Shown: positions 9,000 to 16,941 of the stretch, one piece after another
How the letters are laid out: every line of letters starts with the position of its first letter
Position numbering within the stretch: the first letter of the stretch is position 1
Source: Candidatus Kuenenia stuttgartensis
GTDB lineage: Bacteria > Planctomycetota > Brocadiia > Brocadiales > Brocadiaceae
Length of the DNA stretch: 32,000 bases
Direction of reading: 5' to 3'
Assembly: GCF_900232105.1 (NCBI RefSeq)
Contig: NZ_LT934425.1
Location: 1,320,001 to 1,352,000, forward strand
Notes under the pieces: model-generated
Told to the model about the DNA's origin: nothing
Database searches by the model: none
What the model saw: the letters and a program-made list of their open reading frames with translations, nothing else
Translations under genes and position numbers: made by a program

Positions 9000-9158
9000 A
9001 TGTCACTTGTTTCAATCTTAATCATAGTTCTGATCCTGATCTTTTTGGGAGTAATCCCCGCCTGGCCACATAGCCGGTCGTGGGGTTATACACCCGGCAG
9101 TGTGATCGGGGTAATAGTGATAATCATAGTAATACTGCTTTTATTGGGCAGAATCTAG
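9000..9158 (+). CDS. DUF3309-like small membrane protein (52 aa)
   Basis: Manual translation MSLVSILIIVLILIFLGVIPAWPHSRSWGYTPGSVIGVIVIIIVILLLLGRI has the PxWPHSRSWGYxP...LLLLGRI signature. Below the ORF-track length cutoff. Confidence 0.85.
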   Translation: MSLVSILIIVLILIFLGVIPAWPHSRSWGYTPGSVIGVIVIIIVILLLLGRI

Positions 9159-9272
9159 TCGCAAGAGGAGATTGGAAATGAAGCGGTGAACTTTGGGAAA
9201 AACTATCACAAGGTGGCTGCGAAAGGTCATGCCTTTTAAAGTAACGAACCATTTAAAGAAAGGAATATTACG

Positions 9273-9560
9273 ATGGAAACGAAGGACGCGTATAAGCAAA
9301 AGATGGAGAAGCAACTGCAAGAGTCGAAGGCGCAGATTGACCTATTGGCTGCGAAGGCTGAGAATGCAGCGGCAGACGTGAAGCTCAGGTACGCTCAGGA
9401 ACTCGATAAACTACGCGACAAACAGCGTATTGCCTCTGAAAAGCTGAAGGCGGTGGAGGAAGCAGGTGACGATGCGTGGGAGAAGGTCAAGGCGACCACG
9501 GATAAGGTTGTGGATGACCTTCAGGCGGGTATCGCCCACGTAGTTTCCTATTTCAAGTAA
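9273..9560 (+). CDS. cytoplasmic coiled-coil stress-associated protein
   Basis: METKDAYKQKMEKQLQESKAQIDLLAAKAENAAADVKLRYAQELDKL...GDDAWEKVKATTDKVVDDLQAGIAHVVSYFK; coiled-coil heptads and a C-terminal motif shared with the ORF at 10103. Confidence 0.7.
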   Translation: METKDAYKQKMEKQLQESKAQIDLLAAKAENAAADVKLRYAQELDKLRDKQRIASEKLKAVEEAGDDAWEKVKATTDKVVDDLQAGIAHVVSYFK

Positions 9561-9685
9561 AGTAATGGCCGCACGTAAGGCTTCGTTTATGTACAAGATT
9601 GTGAATTTGTTGTAAGCCCCGCAACTTTACAGAGAATGTTCCTGTGAGTTCGGGATAATCTTCCTAACAATAGGCGAAGAGGGAA

Positions 9686-9883
9686 ATGTTAAAGAAATAT
9701 GGAGTAGGTCTGGTATTTATTGGTGCACTGATGTTTGGTGTTGGTGCGGTAAATACAGTGTTGGTTGGCTCTGTTATGGCTACAAGTCATGAAGAGGGAC
9801 GTGAATGCGAAAAATGCGGACACTTGCCAACAAAACCTGAAAATGATTGCAAATGTGTATGTCACGCAAAGAAGGGTTATTAA
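9686..9883 (+). CDS. small Cys-rich exported protein, putative metal binder
   Basis: Signal peptide MLKKYGVGLVFIGALMFGVGAVNTVLVGSVMA, then ECEKCGHLPTKPENDCKCVCHAKKGY. SD GAAGAGGGAAATG. Confidence 0.6.
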   Translation: MLKKYGVGLVFIGALMFGVGAVNTVLVGSVMATSHEEGRECEKCGHLPTKPENDCKCVCHAKKGY

Positions 9884-9935
9884 TATCCCGGACAAAGACA
9901 TACATCATCTTTTGCTGTATCAATGGGTCAGCTAA

Positions 9936-9968
9936 ATCCTGCAATCAGTTATCAACTGATTGCAGGAT
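9936..9968. repeat. perfect 15-bp-stem hairpin ATCCTGCAATCAGTT-atc-AACTGATTGCAGGAT (copy 1)
   Basis: Read directly from the sequence; a near-identical copy occurs at 12724-12756. Confidence 0.95.
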
Positions 9969-10102
9969 AAGGTTGAAAACGGATATATAAGGAAAGGCTT
10001 TTTGTGGATATGAGAAAGAGTTGTTTTGTGTGTTAATCGGGTGTGAAGTGAAGTGCCTGGATGGTTTTTAATGGTTTATTGTATCAGAAAGGATATAAAA
10101 AT

Positions 10103-10546
10103 ATGAAAAGAATTGGATTAATGGTAGCACTATTTGTCTCTATGTTTTTTATGACGTCTTGTAACAAGAAGACGCCTGAAAAAGGGGAAACCAAAGTATC
10201 GACAGAAGAGGTCAAACGTGAAACAGGTGAAGCCCTTGAAACAAAAAAAACTTACCTGACACAGCAAAAAGAAAAATACCAGAAGGATGCTGAATCAACA
10301 TTGAACTACCTCAGTGATAAGATAAAAGACCTTCAGGCAAAGGCCGGGCAAGCAGGGGCAGATACCAAGGCAAAGTACAATGAGATAATTGAAGGATTAC
10401 AAAAGAAGCAAGGAGAAGCACAAGATAAATTAAATGAACTCAAATTGAAAAGCGCTGACGCCTGGGAGGATGTTAAATCCGGAATGGATGCAGCCCTGGA
10501 AAGTTTGAAGAGTTCTTATAATGATGCTGTTTCTCATTTCAAATAA
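10103..10546 (+). CDS. coiled-coil lipoprotein
   Basis: Lipobox FFMTSCNKK; long coiled coil; C-terminus DAWEDVKSGMDAALESLKSSYNDAVSHFK, paralogous to the C-terminus of the ORF at 9273. Preferred ATG 10103 with AAAGGATAT upstream. Confidence 0.75.
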   Translation: MKRIGLMVALFVSMFFMTSCNKKTPEKGETKVSTEEVKRETGEALETKKTYLTQQKEKYQKDAESTLNYLSDKIKDLQAKAGQAGADTKAKYNEIIEGLQKKQGEAQDKLNELKLKSADAWEDVKSGMDAALESLKSSYNDAVSHFK

Positions 10547-10570
10547 TCTTCATACAGGTAAGAGAAAATT

Positions 10571-10981
10571 ATGAAGACCAGGAAGATGATTTACCATCTT
10601 ATTTTGTGTATTTTAGCGGATCTTGTGAAACAAGAAGAGCAAACATTCACAAGTTTTGCAAAAATTAAAATCAAGGCAGTGATTTGCTATATCAAGGCCA
10701 TTCGATTTATACGGCGAATATGCATCGGTATAGTACTCTTAATTTTGAGTTTAGTGGTAATGATCAGTGGTTTTATATTTTTACATGTGGCGTTTCTTTA
10801 TTATTTTCCTTTGAGTAAAGAAGTAAAGATGTTCGTTATCTTTTCCCTCGGTATTGTCTATTTTCTGGTTCCGCTAGGGGTTCTTCTTTACTTTACTTCA
10901 CAGAGATTTTGGATGAAATTTTCGAAAGCAAGTACATTGATACAAAAAGTTTTGGATACGGTTTCTGAAGATAAAAAATAA
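10571..10981 (+). CDS. two-TM membrane protein (phage-holin-superfamily-like / DUF1469-like organisation)
   Basis: Two hydrophobic segments (ICIGIVLLILSLVVMISGFIFLHVAFLYYF; MFVIFSLGIVYFLVPLGVLLYF) placed directly before a DUF883-like gene. Confidence 0.55.
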   Translation: MKTRKMIYHLILCILADLVKQEEQTFTSFAKIKIKAVICYIKAIRFIRRICIGIVLLILSLVVMISGFIFLHVAFLYYFPLSKEVKMFVIFSLGIVYFLVPLGVLLYFTSQRFWMKFSKASTLIQKVLDTVSEDKK

Positions 10982-10998
10982 ATGAGAAAGGAGAGGGC

Positions 10999-11355
10999 AT
11001 GGCGGATAACCAAACTACAGAAAAAGCGGGAGACATATTAAAAATTGACGAAGCGCTTGGATTGCTGGATAGAGAATTAAAAGGAAAGAGCGGTGAGATT
11101 AATCGGTTGATTAGTGAAAAATATTCAAATCTCAAAGAGATTATGAGTGGAGCAACACACACGGGCAGGGAAGCGATAGAAAAAACATGTCATACTTTGG
11201 AAGAGGCTGTTAAGAGAGGAGAGGAGAAAACGAAAGAAATAGGGATGGAAATTGATCGAAAAGTTCATGCTAATCCATGGTTGGCGGTAGGCATTGCTGC
11301 CGTTAGTGGTTTCCTCTTATGCTATATCATAGAAGCAGGCAAACGTTCAAAGTGA
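10999..11355 (+). CDS. DUF883 (ElaB/YqjD-like) membrane-anchored protein
   Basis: Amphipathic helix followed by DRKVHANPWLAVGIAAVSGFLLCYIIEAGKRSK, typical of DUF883. Confidence 0.8.
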   Translation: MADNQTTEKAGDILKIDEALGLLDRELKGKSGEINRLISEKYSNLKEIMSGATHTGREAIEKTCHTLEEAVKRGEEKTKEIGMEIDRKVHANPWLAVGIAAVSGFLLCYIIEAGKRSK

Positions 11356-11532
11356 TTAGCAGGTTTTTCGTTCTTTGATAATGCATTTTGCAAGCGAGAA
11401 TTTAAGCCGGGAATTAATGCCTGCTTAAATTAGTCCTTCGGCGGCTTTTTAAAGTAAAGCAAAGAGCCTCTTTACTCTAAATTCGCAACATTGAATTTCC
11501 TATATGTTGGAATATTCAAAACTGAAAAAGAT

Positions 11533-11848
11533 TCAGGAATAGGTAAAAAATCGTAACTATTCAGCGTAAACGATACACGGCTCGTTCCCAAACTCCAGTT
11601 TGGGAATGCATTTGTTCGAGAAACTCCGGTTTCTCGCCTGTTTGCTGATAGATAGGGAATAAAATCACAGGGTTAAGACAGTTTGTAATTTGTCAAGTCA
11701 GACCCTCACTGGAAACAAAGTTTCCAGTGCCATTACGTTCCCAAACAGGCACTTCACTATGTTCAGTACAAGGTTTGGGAACGAGTTGCGCTCTGATCTC
11801 CGGTAGTTTAATAAATTACGCTGAATAGTTACAAAAAATCAGGAATAA
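11533..11848. repeat. composite palindromic (MITE/REP-like) element with nested hairpins
   Basis: 17-bp terminal IR GTAACTATTCAGCGTAA (11553-11569) / TTACGCTGAATAGTTAC (11816-11832), flanked by direct TCAGGAATA (11533, 11840). Inside: TTCCCAAACT-CC-AGTTTGGGAA, CGAGAAAC-TCCG-GTTTCTCG, CACTGGAAAC-AAA-GTTTCCAGTG and CGTTCCCAAAC...GTTTGGGAACG. Confidence 0.75.
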
Positions 11849-11883
11849 TCTAAACACTTAACCTAATATAACGGAGAATTACT

Positions 11884-12033
11884 ATGCTTTTAGTTATAGC
11901 TGCTGTGTTGATCATATTGTGGATTCTGGGTCTGGTCACTTCCACCACCCTGAGCGGTTTCGTTCACATTCTTCTGGTGATCGCAATCGTGGTCATCGTG
12001 ATTAATATCATTCGCGGACGAAGACGTCCGTGA
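11884..12033 (+). CDS. Lmo0937-like small membrane protein (49 aa)
   Basis: Manual translation MLLVIAAVLIILWILGLVTSTTLSGFVHILLVIAIVVIVINIIRGRRRP. SD GGAG upstream. Below the ORF-track cutoff. Confidence 0.8.
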   Translation: MLLVIAAVLIILWILGLVTSTTLSGFVHILLVIAIVVIVINIIRGRRRP

Positions 12034-12136
12034 CTATTTTGTGGGGCCCGGTATGAAAAACAGTATCGGTTCCTCTCCCCTGGTGCCTGGCGCCAAGGGA
12101 TCAGTTTGGTATTTTAATTTGAAAGGAGGTAGGCAT

Positions 12137-12316
12137 ATGTTTAAGAAAATTGGCATTACAGCGGTGTTTGTAAGTGCGTTACTGTTTAGTGCTGGTGTCG
12201 CTAGTACCTTTGCAAGAAATTCTGATTGTCCGGACAGTTGCAAGTGCCCGGACAATGTAAAATGTGCAAAAGATTGCACAAAGGACAAAACAGATCATTG
12301 TACGTGCAAACATTAG
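12137..12316 (+). CDS. small Cys-rich exported protein (59 aa), putative metal binder
   Basis: Perfect SD AAAGGAGGT; signal peptide MFKKIGITAVFVSALLFSAGVASTFA, then RNSDCPDSCKCPDNVKCAKDCTKDKTDHCTCKH. Confidence 0.65.
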   Translation: MFKKIGITAVFVSALLFSAGVASTFARNSDCPDSCKCPDNVKCAKDCTKDKTDHCTCKH

Positions 12317-12439
12317 TATATTTTAAAATTATTTTGTCATAGGATTTTTTTTTACGAAAACTTTGATAAGCCCAGCAATCTTACCGGGAATGTTCCAGGT
12401 GGTTCGGGTTAAACTCTTTAACAAGAGAAGGAGAAGTAA

Positions 12440-12700
12440 ATGTCAGATAAATGTACAGACGAGAGGAAAAATATTAATATTGCTCAGGTACCGGCTGTAG
12501 TTAAGGCTGCAATTGAGAAGGAAACTGCCGGCTGCACCATCAAGAAAATAGTGAAAAAAGAGGCCGATGGCAAAACGTGTTATGCAGTCGAGTGTGTAAA
12601 GAACGGTGTGGAAAAAAAGCTCAAATTTACAGAAGAAGGCTCTATTGTGACAGACAAAGGGGAAAAACCCAAGAGTGGCGCAGGTACTAGCTGTTGTTAA
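12440..12700 (+). CDS. PepSY-like small protein with C-terminal Cys pair
   Basis: VPAVVKAAIEKETAGCTIKKIVKKEADGKTCYAVECVKNGVEKKLKFTEEGSIV is a PepSY-like beta repeat; ends GTSCC. Confidence 0.6.
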   Translation: MSDKCTDERKNINIAQVPAVVKAAIEKETAGCTIKKIVKKEADGKTCYAVECVKNGVEKKLKFTEEGSIVTDKGEKPKSGAGTSCC

Positions 12701-12723
12701 AGCTAAATTGAGAAGGAAACTGC

Positions 12724-12756
12724 ATCCTGCAATCAGTTATTAACTGATTGCAGGAT
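12724..12756. repeat. perfect 15-bp-stem hairpin ATCCTGCAATCAGTT-att-AACTGATTGCAGGAT (copy 2)
   Basis: Identical stem to 9936-9968; both followed by AAGG. Confidence 0.95.
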
Positions 12757-12940
12757 AAGGAGGCCGTAAAAAAAACGAAATATGACGCGGATAAGTAATG
12801 GCCTGGGAATTTTTTATTATACCGTAGTAATCGGCAGTCTATCGTCGGCAAATTGCAGACTGAGGACTGAGTGGTAACACCATTTCACTGAAATTATTTA
12901 TGGATATTTATTTCACCAAAAGACCAAAAAAGGAGGTACC

Positions 12941-13630
12941 ATGCTTAGCAGACGAGAATTTTTAACACTGGCAGGCGTGGGTGGAGCAGCAATCGTACTT
13001 AATTTTAACAACCCTTTACATGCAGAAATAAAAAAGGAGACGGAAATTATGACATACACCGCAAAGGATTATTCGCAACTCATCGGGATGGAGGGATTCA
13101 GCGAAACACTTTTGAAAAACCACTTTACCCTCTATCAGGGATATGTAACAAACACAAATAAGGTACTCGATACTCTCGGTCAGATGTTGAAGGAGGGAAA
13201 GACGGCAAGCCCTGAGTTTGCAGAATTGAAGAGACGGCTTGGGTGGGAATTTAATGGGATGAGGCTCCATGAATATTATTTTGAAAATCTTGGCAAGAAA
13301 AAAGGCGGCATGAACAAGGAAGGAACGCTTGCCAAAAAGATGACAGCGGAATTTGGCAGTTATGAGATGTGGGAAAAGGATTTCAGGGCAGTAGGAAGTA
13401 TGAGGGGAATCGGGTGGGCAGTCCTCTATCAGGATAGTGCCAGCGGGAGGCTCATTAACTTCTGGATAAATGAACACGATGTTTCTCATCCTGCAGGATG
13501 CAATCCCATATTGATCCTGGACGTATTTGAACATGCCTTTATGATAGATCACGGTCTAAAGAAGGCGGATTATATTGAGGCATTCTTTAAGAACATTGAC
13601 TGGTCAGTCGCAGAAGCAAGGCTAAAATAA
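12941..13630 (+). CDS. Fe/Mn superoxide dismutase family protein with Tat signal peptide
   Basis: Tat motif SRREFLTLAG; SOD features LLKNHFTLYQGYVTNTNKVLDTL, GSMRGIGWAVLYQD and DVFEHAFMIDHG (DxxEH metal site), followed by KKADYIEAFFKNIDW. Confidence 0.85.
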   Translation: MLSRREFLTLAGVGGAAIVLNFNNPLHAEIKKETEIMTYTAKDYSQLIGMEGFSETLLKNHFTLYQGYVTNTNKVLDTLGQMLKEGKTASPEFAELKRRLGWEFNGMRLHEYYFENLGKKKGGMNKEGTLAKKMTAEFGSYEMWEKDFRAVGSMRGIGWAVLYQDSASGRLINFWINEHDVSHPAGCNPILILDVFEHAFMIDHGLKKADYIEAFFKNIDWSVAEARLK

Positions 13631-13646
13631 AAGGGAGGATTTTTTT

Positions 13647-13853
13647 ATGAACAAAGTAGTCTCGCTTGCAATACTTGCCGTGGGTATCCTGTTTATAATT
13701 TTAGGCGTCAGCGCAACGAAGTCGTTTAGTTCCGACATTTCCCGGTTTTTCACCGGCTCACCCACCGACAAGGCGATATGGATGTTGATCGGCGGCGCTG
13801 TAGCTGTAATTGTGGGGTTGGTGGGACTGCGGAGTTGGTCAAAGGGAAGTTAA
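13647..13853 (+). CDS. DUF3185-like two-TM membrane protein
   Basis: MNKVVSLAILAVGILFIILGVSATKSFSSDISRFFTGSPTDKAIWMLIGGAVAVIVGLVGL. Confidence 0.75.
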   Translation: MNKVVSLAILAVGILFIILGVSATKSFSSDISRFFTGSPTDKAIWMLIGGAVAVIVGLVGLRSWSKGS

Positions 13854-14091
13854 GCGTGTTGGTCCTGTTTTTATGACTATACCCATGAAGACCATAAAAG
13901 GTGGGTTTTAAATTGACAGTGGGGTGGCACGGACAAACCCTGTTTGTTCGTGTTGAGCTTGTACGACATTATCTATAAACCCTGTTAAAAAGTCAGGAAG
14001 AGTCCTTGTCCTCACAAACTGAGCTTTCTTTCTCACATGGTAAATCACAAATTGTGATACTCTTGAGAATATAATTGAAAGGTGAAAAGAA

Positions 14092-15537
14092 ATGAGTAAA
14101 ACTAAAGTCTTAACTACAGCGGCAGGCATACCTGTCTGCGATAATCAGACTTCCCTCACCGCCGGAGAACGCGGCCCGACGTTGTTACAAGATCACCATC
14201 TTCTTGAAAAATTGGCGCATTTCAACCGTGAACGTATCCCTGAGCGTGTTGTCCATGCAAAAGCAGCCGGTGCACATGGTACTTTCATCGTTACCAAAGA
14301 CATCACCCGATACACAAAAGCCAGCATCTTTTCGGAAGTTGGGAAAAAAACCGATGTATTTGGCCGATTTTCTACTGTGGCAGGGGAAAAAGGCTCTGCT
14401 GATACGGTTCGGGATGTCAGAGGCTTTGCATTGAAATTCTACACTGAAGAAGGCAATTGGGATATGGTAGGAAACAATACTCCCGTGTTTTTTGTACGGG
14501 ACGCCATAAAATTCCCCGATTTCGTTCATACCCAGAAACGTGAACCTCAAACCAATCTAAGGTCAAAAACCATGATGTGGGATTTCTGGTCGCAGGTTCC
14601 GGAATCATTGCATCAGGTAACTATTCTGTTTTCAGATCGCGGCATCCCCATGGGCATCCCCTTTATGCATGGTTTCGGGAGTCATACCTACAGCTTTATC
14701 AATGCGGACAATGAACGTTTTTGGGTGAAGTTTCACTTCAAGACTCAACAGGGCATTCGGAATATGACTCCGGAAAATGCAGACCGTATTGCAGGGGAAG
14801 ATGCCGACTACCATACACGTCTGTTATTTGAAACTATCGGGAGTGGGGATTACCCTAAGTGGACATTTTATGTCCAGGTAATGCCGGAATCTGAAGCGGA
14901 AACGTACCGGTGGAATCCGTTTGATTTAACCAGGATATGGTCGCATAGTGACTATCCTTTGATAGAGGTTGGGGTATTGGAGATGAACCGCAATCCCTCG
15001 AACTATTTTGCCGAAGTCGAGCAGTCTGCTTTTTCTCCTGCTAACGTTGTTCCCGGTATTTCTTTTTCTCCCTGTAAAATGCTCCAGGGACGTATTTTTG
15101 CCTATGCAGATGCCCATCGGTATAGACTAGGCGTGAACTTTGGGCATCTACCGATAAACCGTCCGCTTGCCACGGCAGCAAACACCTATCAGCGGGATGG
15201 CTCAATGAGATTCGATGACAACGGCGGAGCTTCCGTAAATTATGAGCCGAACAGTTTCGGAGGACCCAAAGCAGACCACGCGTATAATGAGCCGCCGCTG
15301 AAAATTTCAGGTGACGCGAATCGCTATGAACAGAAAAGAGGTATTGATGATGATTTCGTCCAACCCGGAAATCTCTTCCGGCTGTTGCCGCCTGACGAAC
15401 GGAAACGGCTCATTGAAAACATTGTTGCAAGTCTTAGAAAAACGCCGAAAGACATCCAGGAAAGGATGGTTCCGTATTTTTACAAAGCAGATGAGGCTTA
15501 TGGAGAAGGTGTTGCAAAGGGACTAGGGCTTTCATAA
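14092..15537 (+). CDS. katA: monofunctional heme catalase
   Basis: [58 protein letters not shown]; [46 protein letters not shown]; heme-ligand region [12 protein letters not shown]. Confidence 0.97.
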   Translation: MSKTKVLTTAAGIPVCDNQTSLTAGERGPTLLQDHHLLEKLAHFNRERIPERVVHAKAAGAHGTFIVTKDITRYTKASIFSEVGKKTDVFGRFSTVAGEKGSADTVRDVRGFALKFYTEEGNWDMVGNNTPVFFVRDAIKFPDFVHTQKREPQTNLRSKTMMWDFWSQVPESLHQVTILFSDRGIPMGIPFMHGFGSHTYSFINADNERFWVKFHFKTQQGIRNMTPENADRIAGEDADYHTRLLFETIGSGDYPKWTFYVQVMPESEAETYRWNPFDLTRIWSHSDYPLIEVGVLEMNRNPSNYFAEVEQSAFSPANVVPGISFSPCKMLQGRIFAYADAHRYRLGVNFGHLPINRPLATAANTYQRDGSMRFDDNGGASVNYEPNSFGGPKADHAYNEPPLKISGDANRYEQKRGIDDDFVQPGNLFRLLPPDERKRLIENIVASLRKTPKDIQERMVPYFYKADEAYGEGVAKGLGLS

Positions 15538-15586
15538 GAGAATAATACGTTCTCCTCTTGAAGCGGAAATAGAAAGGATAGGTAAA

Positions 15587-15775
15587 ATGATCTATAAAAG
15601 CATAAAGAAAAACATAGGGTTTGGCTTCCTCGCACTCTTTGGGTGCTGTTTGTTCTTGCCCACCCTTGCTAATGCACGGGTTGGTATAACGGCTACCGAT
15701 AAAAAATATATTATTCTGCAAGCCGTCATCATGTTTCATTTGCAACACCCAGAAACGATGAAAATGGTTTTATAA
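15587..15775 (+). pseudogene. possible truncated exported protein cut by the repeat array
   Basis: SD AAAGGATAGG and signal peptide MIYKSIKKNIGFGFLALFGCCLFLPTLANARVGITATDKKYIILQ. The reading frame enters the repeat unit at ~15725 and stops. Confidence 0.4.
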
Positions 15776-15948
15776 CCATATCATATTGCGGTACCTGTGC
15801 TTGAGCTATTTTTTGTAGTTTTACTTTCGAGTCGAAAACATCTGGCATTTCTGTTTCTGTACCGGTTCAAATGTATATGGCCATCCAAAAGGTATCAGAT
15901 TGTAATTTACAAGGTCTCTGCTTGTCATTGCAGGGGGGGGGCTCCGCT

Positions 15949-16154
15949 TGTCATTGCGAGGGTCTTTTCCGAAACAATCAATATACTACGAGATATTTTG
16001 TGACATAAGAGACGCCATATCGCGGGAGAAAGAAGCAAATTAAGGGTGGCTCAAGGGCTAAAAAAATAGAATTAATTAATGGAATGAATGCAGGATGGAA
16101 GGATCTCTATTACGGTTTATGAGGTTGCTTCGGAAAAGACCCTCGCAATGACAA
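15949..16154. repeat. MITE-like inverted-repeat module inside each array unit (first copy)
   Basis: TTGTCATTGCGAGGGTCTTTTCCGAAaCAATC at the left and GTTGCTTCGGAAAAGACCCTCGCAATGACAA at the right form ~30-bp inverted repeats. Confidence 0.85.
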
Positions 16155-16941
16155 AACGGATACCCGCGTAATGGCAAAATGAGTCATCAGTCATCATGTT
16201 TCATTTGCAACACCCAGAAACGATGAAAAATGGTTTTATAACCATATCATATTGCGGTACCTGTGCTTGAGCTATTTTTTGTAGTTTTACTTTCGAGTCG
16301 AAAACATCTGGCATTTCTGTTTCTGTACCGGTTCAAATGTATAGGGCCATCCAAAAGGTATCAGCTTGTAATTTACAAGGTCTCTGCTTGTCATTGCAGG
16401 GGGGGGGCTCCGCTTGTCATTGCGAGGGTCTTTTCCGAAGCAATCAATATACTACGAGATATTTTGTGACATAAGAGACGCCATATCGCGGGAGAAAGAA
16501 GCAAATTAAGGGTGGCTCAAGGGCTAAAAAAATAGAATTAATTAATGGAATGAATGCAGGATGGAAGGATCTCTATTACGGTTTATGAGGTTGCTTCGGA
16601 AAAGACCCTCGCAATGACAAGCTGAAAAGACCCTCGCAATGACAAAACGGATACCCGCGTAATGACAAAATGAGTCATCAGTCATCATGTTTCATTTGCA
16701 ACACCCAGAAACGATGAAAATGGTTTTATAATCATATCATATTGCGGTACCTGTGCTTGAGCTATTTTTTGTAGTTTTACTTTAGAGTCGAAAACATCTG
16801 GCATTTCTGTTTCTGTACCGGTTCAAATGTATAGGGCCATCCAAAAGGTATCAGCTTGTAATTTACAAGGTCTCTGCTTGTCATTGCAGGGGGGGTTCCG
16901 CTTGTCATTGCGAGGGTCTTTTCCGAAGCAATCAATATACC

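Noticed and set aside
12041-12136. N-terminal extension of the Cys-rich ORF in the track
   Set aside because: A perfect AAAGGAGGT SD and signal peptide support the start at 12137.
13016-13552. 178-aa minus-strand ORF
   Set aside because: Antisense shadow of the SOD gene, with no recognisable domain.
13929-13943. TGGCACGGACAAACC as a sigma54 promoter upstream of catalase
   Set aside because: The -24 half matches but the -12 TTGC element is absent at correct spacing.
15797-16469. Two near-identical 68-aa ORFs (15797-16003, 16263-16469) that could look like a duplicated gene family
   Set aside because: They lie inside the tandem repeat unit, run across a poly-G tract, lack convincing ribosome binding sites, and their similarity is explained by the DNA repeat.
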